From contig JAOZVS010000089.1 in NCBI GenBank assembly GCA_025869435.1, forward strand, positions 3,744 to 67,743: DNA of 64,000 nt. The letters are read 5' to 3'. The stretch comes from Zavarzinia sp. (GTDB taxonomy: Bacteria > Pseudomonadota > Alphaproteobacteria > Zavarziniales > Zavarziniaceae). The notes beneath the pieces were generated by a model. That model worked only from the letters and a program-made list of their open reading frames with translations, was not told the origin of the DNA and did no database searches. Shown here in pieces: positions 58,557-64,000 of this stretch. Made by a program: the position numbers and the translations under genes. Every line of letters begins with the position of its first letter. Position 1 is the stretch's first letter.

Positions 58557-58973
58557 ATGGCACGCACCATCACCGCCCTTGTCGCCGGGCTGATCTTCGG
58601 CCTGGGCCTTGCCCTCGCCGGCATGACCGATCCCGCCAAGGTCATCGGCTTCCTCGACCTCGCCGGGGCCTGGAACCCCGCCCTTGCCTTCGTCATGGGC
58701 GCGGGCGTCATCGTCACCTTCATCGGCTACCGCCTTGTCCTTGCCCGGCCGAAGCCGGTGCTCGAGGCGAAATTCCAGATCCCGACGCGGACGGATATCG
58801 ACGCCCCGCTGGTCGTCGGCGCCGCGCTGTTCGGCATCGGCTGGGGTCTCGCCGGCTATTGCCCGGGCCCCGCGCTGTCGTCACTGATCGCCGGCAATGG
58901 CGAGGTCTTCGCCCTCGTCGGCGCCATGATCGCGGGCATGATCACGGTGCGTGTCATCAGGGCGCGCGGTTGA
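58557..58973 (+). CDS. YeeE/YedE-family sulfur transporter partner subunit
   Basis: GMTDPAKVIGFLD, WNPALAFVM, GWGLAGYCPGP. Confidence 0.92.
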   Translation: MARTITALVAGLIFGLGLALAGMTDPAKVIGFLDLAGAWNPALAFVMGAGVIVTFIGYRLVLARPKPVLEAKFQIPTRTDIDAPLVVGAALFGIGWGLAGYCPGPALSSLIAGNGEVFALVGAMIAGMITVRVIRARG

Positions 58974-58978
58974 CGGCG

Positions 58979-59611
58979 ATGTCGGCGGATCTCTGGCGCT
59001 GGCTGGCCCTCGCGGCCGCGTCCGGCGCCATCCTGGCCTTCGAGTGGCACCAGCGCCGGCGCCAGACCGCCCGCCAGCGCCATGTCACCATGCGCGAGCG
59101 CTGGCTGGACGCACTGATGGCCCGCCCTGGCCAGGAGATCGTCGCGGTCCAGACCCTGCGCAATTCGCTGATGGCGGCCAGTATCGTCGCCTCGACCACG
59201 GTGATCGCGATCATGGGCACGATCAGCCTCGTTGGGCCGGTCGCCGCCCATCTGGCCCTGCGCCTGACCGAAAGCCCGGAAGAGGCCGCGGTTCGCCCGG
59301 TCCAGCTGGCGATCGGCGCCCTCCTCGTGATCGTGCTGTTCACGGCTTTCCTGTTCGCCACCCAGTCGGCGCGTTTCTACAACCACCTGTCCTATCTCGT
59401 CGGCTTCGGCGTCTCGGCGAGCGAGGATGACCGCCTCACGGCACGGCATTACGTCGCCCTCGCCGGGCGCTATTACAGCGACAGCCTGCGCACCATGGTC
59501 TATCTCGCCCCGCTGGTCGTCGGCCTGTTCGAGCCCCTGTCAGTGCTGCCGGGCGCGATCGTGGTCATTCTGGTGCTGGCCTATTTCGACCGGCACCATC
59601 CATCGGCCTGA
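58979..59611 (+). CDS. DUF599-family membrane protein
   Basis: R..WL..LM, AVQTLRNSLMAASIVAST, R.YNH, several TMs. Confidence 0.8.
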   Translation: MSADLWRWLALAAASGAILAFEWHQRRRQTARQRHVTMRERWLDALMARPGQEIVAVQTLRNSLMAASIVASTTVIAIMGTISLVGPVAAHLALRLTESPEEAAVRPVQLAIGALLVIVLFTAFLFATQSARFYNHLSYLVGFGVSASEDDRLTARHYVALAGRYYSDSLRTMVYLAPLVVGLFEPLSVLPGAIVVILVLAYFDRHHPSA

Positions 59612-59642
59612 AACGAAAACGGCCGGGGAAAACCCCGGCCGT
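59611..59642 (-). terminator. Rho-independent terminator of trcR
   Basis: Perfect stem ACGGCCGGGG-AAAA-CCCCGGCCGT with a T-run on the minus strand. Confidence 0.85.
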
Positions 59643-59666
59643 CGCATCACCGAAAGAAAGAGCGGC

Positions 59667-60320
59667 TCAGTTGGCCCAGCCGGGCGCCACGCCCTCGTCC
59701 TCGACCTCTTCGGCCTCGGCTTCGACCAGGGCCTCCAGGGTCTCGGGGGCATTGGCTTCGTCGTAATCATCCTCGTCGTCGGGGGCGCCTTCGCCCTTCA
59801 CCCGGTCGGCCGCCTTCTGGACCGCCTGATCGAGTTCGATCTGGCTGCACAGGCCGAGGGTCACGGGATCGACCGGCTTGATGTTCTGGCTGTTCCAGTG
59901 GCTGCGGTCGCGCACCGCCTTGATGGTCGGCTTGGTCGTGCCGATCAGACGACAGACCTGGGCATCCGACAGTTCGGGATGATGGCGCAGCAGCCAGGCG
60001 ATGGCGTCCGGCCGGTCCTGCCGGCGCGAGACCGGCGTGTAGCGCGGCCCCTTGGAGCGCGAGCGCGGCGGCGGATTGGCCGACTCGCTGACCTTCATTT
60101 CGTAGCGGGGATTGGTCTGGGCCTTGTCCAGCTCGCTCTGGACCAGCTGGCCATGAGCCACCGGATCAAGCCCCACGATGCCCTGGAAGACTTCGCCATC
60201 GGCGATGCCCTTCACTTCGAGCGGATGCAGACCGCAGAATTTCGCGATCTGGTCGAAGGTCAGCGCCGTGTTCTCCACCAGCCAGACGGCGGTGGCCTTG
60301 GGCATCAGGGGCAGGGTCAT
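59667..60320 (-). CDS. trcR: DUF1013 protein, cell-cycle transcription regulator TrcR
   Basis: PLMPKATAVWLVENTALTF.QIA.FC.LH.LEV, RYTPVSRRQDRPDAI, IGTTK.TI, DPVTLGLCSQ. Confidence 0.9.
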   Translation of the reverse strand: MTLPLMPKATAVWLVENTALTFDQIAKFCGLHPLEVKGIADGEVFQGIVGLDPVAHGQLVQSELDKAQTNPRYEMKVSESANPPPRSRSKGPRYTPVSRRQDRPDAIAWLLRHHPELSDAQVCRLIGTTKPTIKAVRDRSHWNSQNIKPVDPVTLGLCSQIELDQAVQKAADRVKGEGAPDDEDDYDEANAPETLEALVEAEAEEVEDEGVAPGWAN

Positions 60321-60391
60321 GTCAATTCTCCACCGTTGCGACCGGCCTTCCGGCCTGCCGCTGCCACGATCATGGCCTTTAGCGATAGGGC

Positions 60392-60420
60392 TATATAGTC
60401 GCGGTGCGCACGGACGTCAA
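60392..60420 (-). promoter_or_regulatory. sigma70 promoter of trcR
   Basis: Minus-strand TTGACG-N17-TATATA. Confidence 0.65.
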
Positions 60421-60442
60421 ACCCTGCACGCTGCCGGCAGGC

Positions 60443-61441
60443 TTACATCTCCAGCACAATCTTGCCCAGATGATCACGGTCGTCCATCCTCTCGTGCGCG
60501 CCGGCCGCGTCCGCGAGGGGGAAGCTGCGGTCGATCACCGGGCGGATCTTCCCCGCCGCCAGCAGCGGCCAGACCGTCGCTTCCAGTGACGCTGCGATCC
60601 GGGCCTTGTCGGCGACCGAGCGGATGCGCAGGGTCGAGCCGGTGATGGTCAGGCGCTTCAGCATCACGGGCATCAGATTGACCTCGACCTGCGAGCCCTG
60701 CAGGAAGGCGATATAGACAAGGCGGCCGCCCGTCGCCATGCAGGCGATGTTGCGCGCGACATAATCGCCGCCCACCATGTCGAGCACGACGTCGACGCCC
60801 TTCTTGCCGGTCTCGGCCTTGATCACCTCGACGAAATCTTCCGTCTTGTAGTCGATCACCCGCTCTGCGCCGAGGGCCATCAGGGGCGCCCGCTTGGCCT
60901 CGCCGCCCACCGTGGTGAAGACCCGGGCGCCGAGGGCGGAGGCCAGCTGGATCGCCGTGGTGCCGATGCCGCTGGCGCCGCCATGGACAAGGAAACTCTC
61001 GCCCGGCTGCAGTCCGCCCCGGTCGAAGACATTGGTCCAGACGGTGAAGAAGGTCTCGGGTATGGCCGCCGCCTCGACCATCGACAGGCCGTCCGGCACC
61101 GGCAGGCACTGCGCCGCCGGGGCGACGGCATATTCGGCATAGCCCCCGCCCGCGAGCAGCGCCATGACCCGGTCGCCGACGGCGAAGCGCGACACTTCGG
61201 GGCCGAGGGCGACGATCGTGCCCGCGCCTTCCAGCCCCGGCGTCTCGGGCGCGCCGGGCGGCGGCGGATAGACGCCGAGGCGCTGCAACACGTCGGGCCG
61301 GTTGACCCCCGCCGCGGCGAGGCGGATCAGCACTTCGCCGGGCCCCGGCCGCGGCACCGGCAGGCGGACCGGTTTCAGCACCTCGGGACCGCCGGGGCTG
61401 GTGATCGCGATCGCGGTCATGGTTTCGGGAGGGGTCGACAT
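60443..61441 (-). CDS. NAD(P)H-quinone oxidoreductase, PIG3/zeta-crystallin family
   Basis: GVNRPDVLQR.G.YPPP, PETFFTVW, HGGASGIG, TGSTLR. Confidence 0.93.
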   Translation of the reverse strand: MSTPPETMTAIAITSPGGPEVLKPVRLPVPRPGPGEVLIRLAAAGVNRPDVLQRLGVYPPPPGAPETPGLEGAGTIVALGPEVSRFAVGDRVMALLAGGGYAEYAVAPAAQCLPVPDGLSMVEAAAIPETFFTVWTNVFDRGGLQPGESFLVHGGASGIGTTAIQLASALGARVFTTVGGEAKRAPLMALGAERVIDYKTEDFVEVIKAETGKKGVDVVLDMVGGDYVARNIACMATGGRLVYIAFLQGSQVEVNLMPVMLKRLTITGSTLRIRSVADKARIAASLEATVWPLLAAGKIRPVIDRSFPLADAAGAHERMDDRDHLGKIVLEM

Positions 61442-61498
61442 CGCTCGCTCCATGCTATTCTCATCGTTGGTTAGGCGAGGACGAGGCACGAGGCAAGG

Positions 61499-61693
61499 AT
61501 GGTATTCGATCCCGAGGAGCGGCCGCGACCGAAGGCAGGGGTGGCGATCGAGCCGATCGCCCTCGATCCCCTCTCGATCGAGGACCTGGAGGCGCGGATA
61601 TCCAGCGCGAAGGCGGAAATCGCCCGCTGTGTGGAAGCAATATCCAAGAAACAGGCCAGCCGCGATGCGGCAGCCGCTTTTTTCAAGATCTAG
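61499..61693 (+). CDS. DUF1192 family protein
   Basis: LSIEDLEARI...AEIAR...K.ASR.AAAAFFK; SD AAGGA. Confidence 0.85.
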   Translation: MVFDPEERPRPKAGVAIEPIALDPLSIEDLEARISSAKAEIARCVEAISKKQASRDAAAAFFKI

Positions 61694-61764
61694 GCGAAAG
61701 AATCTTGCCACCGCCCCCATGTGGCGGGTTGACGCAGGCGGGTCGAATACGCATGATCACCCCC

Positions 61765-61829
61765 GCAAGTCTTCACAGGGACGGCATCACAAAAGAACGG
61801 GCTGCCCATTGGGCAGTCCGTCGCTTTTT
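61765..61829 (+). ncRNA. Candidate ~65-nt small RNA
   Basis: TTGACG-N17-CATGAT promoter at 61729-61757, no ORF, ends at a hairpin plus T5. Confidence 0.35.
61791..61829. terminator. Bidirectional terminator downstream of ibpA
   Basis: AAAAGA-ACGGGCTGCCC-ATT-GGGCAGTCCGT-CGCTTTTT. Confidence 0.8.
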
Positions 61830-61846
61830 GGGGGCCTGAAACCGGA

Positions 61847-62317
61847 TCAGGCGGCGTGCTGGTGCTCGATCTGCGGCCCGGCGGCGACCGCGCGGGTCTC
61901 GATCGCGATCTGGCGCGGCTTCTTCGCTTCCGGCACCTCGCGCACGAGTTCGATGTGCAGCAGGCCATTCTCGAAGCTGGCGTTCACCACCTTGATGGTA
62001 TCGGCGAGTTCGAAGCGGCGCTCGAAGGCGCGGGCGGCGATGCCGCGATGCAGATATTCGACACCGGACTGATCCTCGCGCGCCTTGCCGGCGATCACGA
62101 GCATGTTTTCCTTCACCGTGACATCGAGAGCTTCGGGGGCGAAACCGGCCACCGCCATGGAAATGCGGTAACGGTCGTCACCGGCCTTTTCGATGTTGTA
62201 GGGCGGGTAGCTGTTGGCCGCCTCGTCCACGCGGGCCGCGCTGTCGAGCAGGCGGGAAACCCGGTCGAAACCGATGGTCGAACGCATGAGGGGCGAAAAA
62301 TCAAAGGCAGAGCGCAT
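61847..62317 (-). CDS. ibpA: Small heat-shock protein IbpA/Hsp20
   Basis: DFSPLMRSTIGFDR, YPPYNIE, AVAGF, YLHRGIA.RAFERRF.LAD, NGLLHI. Confidence 0.95.
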   Translation of the reverse strand: MRSAFDFSPLMRSTIGFDRVSRLLDSAARVDEAANSYPPYNIEKAGDDRYRISMAVAGFAPEALDVTVKENMLVIAGKAREDQSGVEYLHRGIAARAFERRFELADTIKVVNASFENGLLHIELVREVPEAKKPRQIAIETRAVAAGPQIEHQHAA

Positions 62318-62416
62318 CGCAATTCTCCTGACGAGCAAAGGCGAGTTTCGTCTTGCGGCGGGCCCCCCGACCATCGGGCGGACCTGCGGGCCGAACCCCA
62401 TGCGGGCATCCGGCAC
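62318..62416 (-). promoter_or_regulatory. ROSE-like RNA thermometer in the ibpA 5' UTR
   Basis: Structured GC-rich ~100-nt leader ending UUUGCU-cguc-AGGAG, the U(U/C)GCU anti-SD motif of ROSE elements. Confidence 0.75.
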
Positions 62417-62421
62417 TCCTC

Positions 62422-62450
62422 AGGTAGGTGCGGGGAAATGCCCCTTCAAG
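62422..62450 (-). promoter_or_regulatory. RpoH (sigma32) promoter of ibpA
   Basis: Minus-strand CTTGAA-N16-CCTACCT. Confidence 0.75.
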
Positions 62451-62463
62451 GGGGCTGAAAACG

Positions 62464-62492
62464 AAAAAGGGCGACCCGGAGGCCGCCCTTTT
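62464..62492 (-). terminator. Rho-independent terminator of rpmE
   Basis: AAAAAGGGCGACC-CGGA-GGCCGCCCTTTT. Confidence 0.8.
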
Positions 62493-62549
62493 CCATCACG
62501 CGCGCCGACAGGCGCGGGATCATTCACTGCGCCGCCAGGCGGCGCGGGA

Positions 62550-62774
62550 TTACTTGATGCCGAACTTGGAGAAGCGCTTGTTGAAACGCGCGACCATGCC
62601 GCCCGTGTCGATGATGCGCTGATTGCCGCCGGTCCAGGCGGGATGCGAGCTCTTGTCGATATCGAGCTTCAACACATCGCCTTCCTTGCCCCAGGTGGAC
62701 CGGGTCTGGAATACCGTGCCGTCCGTCATTTCGACCGTGACGACATGGTAGTCGGGGTGAATGCCTTCCTTCAT
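62550..62774 (-). CDS. rpmE: 50S ribosomal protein L31 (no zinc-ribbon Cys)
   Basis: [39 protein letters not shown]. Confidence 0.97.
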   Translation of the reverse strand: MKEGIHPDYHVVTVEMTDGTVFQTRSTWGKEGDVLKLDIDKSSHPAWTGGNQRIIDTGGMVARFNKRFSKFGIK

Positions 62775-62916
62775 CACTCTGCTCCTTGACCACGGAACCT
62801 GCCGCCGGCCACGAGAAAATCTGATCGACCTTGTGTCGAGAAGCCGCGTTCCTAACGGAATTGCCGGCCCTTGGCAATGGTCATTGGAGAAAATTGCCGC
62901 TGCCGCCTTCCCGGTC

Positions 62917-63810
62917 TCACAGGCGGGACAGGAGTTCCGCCTTCTTCGCGCCGAATTCCTGATCGGTCAGGATGCCCTTGGCGTGCAGCGCCGCCAGTTT
63001 CTCGATCGCCGCGAAGATATCGCCTTCGGCCGCGGGGGCCGGTGCCGGCGATTCGAAAGCGGGGGGCATGGAGACCGGCGGGGCATAGACCGGCGGGGCG
63101 TAGACCGGCTGCGGCGGCGCGGGCGGGGCCTGGCCGTCGATCGAGACCACCGGCAGGCCGGCGACATCGACAAGGCCATATTGGCTGGTGAAGCTGAGCG
63201 AGCCGCCATAGGACTGCTGCTGGGAGAAGCCGCCGATATTGTGGTCCAGCGTGTCATAGACCGTGACATGGCCGCCGGTCGCGATCGCGAGGCGCCGGCT
63301 GTCGGCGAAATAGGCATAGCGGACATCGTTCTGCGCACCCGTGGAGGAGGCGAAGCCGAGGTCCGCCGGCCACCAGTTGGCGCCCTGCCCCGGCGGCGGC
63401 GGCACGAACAGGCTGGCCGCGCCAAAACCGGCTTCCATGCCGCCGCCGCCCTGGCTGCCCTGGTACTGGCTGTTCTGGTAGGGGCCACCCTGATACTGGC
63501 CGCCCTGCGATTGCGACTGGAACGAGCCGGTGCGGATCAGGTCGGGCTGATTGGCGACGAGATTCGACAATTCGGTGCACAGGCCATCGACCCGGCCCTT
63601 CAGGTAATTGTTGAACATGTCGGAGAGCATGATCATGCCGCCGCGCATCCATTGGCCGGAGCCGGCGAATTCCGGGTGATTGAACTGGGCCATGCTGCCG
63701 TTGCCGTCGATCACGCTGCCCAACATGCTGGCGACCGCGTCGGGGCTGAAACCATGGCGCTGGGCGATGTCGTTGACGGCCTGCTGCCCGGCAGGTGAAA
63801 GCTGTCGCAT
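62917..63810 (-). CDS. SHOCT domain-containing protein
   Basis: C-terminal [29 protein letters not shown]; MAQFNHPE and WWPADLG domains; Q/G/Y- and Pro-rich linkers. Confidence 0.88.
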   Translation of the reverse strand: MRQLSPAGQQAVNDIAQRHGFSPDAVASMLGSVIDGNGSMAQFNHPEFAGSGQWMRGGMIMLSDMFNNYLKGRVDGLCTELSNLVANQPDLIRTGSFQSQSQGGQYQGGPYQNSQYQGSQGGGGMEAGFGAASLFVPPPPGQGANWWPADLGFASSTGAQNDVRYAYFADSRRLAIATGGHVTVYDTLDHNIGGFSQQQSYGGSLSFTSQYGLVDVAGLPVVSIDGQAPPAPPQPVYAPPVYAPPVSMPPAFESPAPAPAAEGDIFAAIEKLAALHAKGILTDQEFGAKKAELLSRL

Positions 63811-64000
63811 TGTGGATCCTGGGAGGGAGGGGGAGCTTGGCCGCCACAATGCGCCAATCGCGCCGCGATGGCGAGGTGCAACGGCGGGACGGCCACAGAT
63901 TCCGCCCCCGGGATTGGCACGGCGGCAATTGCTGGCTATTACTGGCGGCCATTCCCGTAACCTGATGGTCATTCCCCATGAGCGACAGCCTGCCCGATCG

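Noticed and set aside
62550-62774. Cys-less L31 as a zinc-starvation paralogue
   Set aside because: The Cys-less form is the normal alphaproteobacterial L31, and I saw no Zur box or L36 partner.
63914-63933. sigma54 promoter-like TGGCAC...TTGC
   Set aside because: Spacing is N8 rather than the required N5.

Overview
High-GC alphaproteobacterial chromosomal segment (Rhodospirillales-like gene content; genus not determinable here). It holds about 52 supportable CDSs. I saw no rRNA, tRNA, CRISPR array, transposase or integrase. Core loci: chvG(partial)-hprK-rapZ-EIIA-HPr, regBA, TetR-emrAB, glycerate kinase-pyk, hrpB, cydDCABX, trcR, ibpA (RpoH promoter plus ROSE thermometer) and rpmE. Three accessory systems stand out. 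(1) A DUF2946/CruR-CutF-like peptide (CxxC plus RGPP arrest motif) lies upstream of the copper-free cytochrome bd operon, together with a GbsR/CydE-like operator, an unannotated 22-codon uORF and a hairpin-bridged cydA ribosome-binding site. (2) A gluzincin-TpsB-TpsA-CHAT lipoprotein cassette whose adhesin ends in a Cys-loop tail. (3) An LpxR-patatin-hydrolase-P450-glycosyltransferase lipid-remodelling operon. Several unannotated small elements are also proposed (candidate sRNA, ECF16-type promoter, tandem hairpin repeat). All family assignments come from motif recognition, not database searches.
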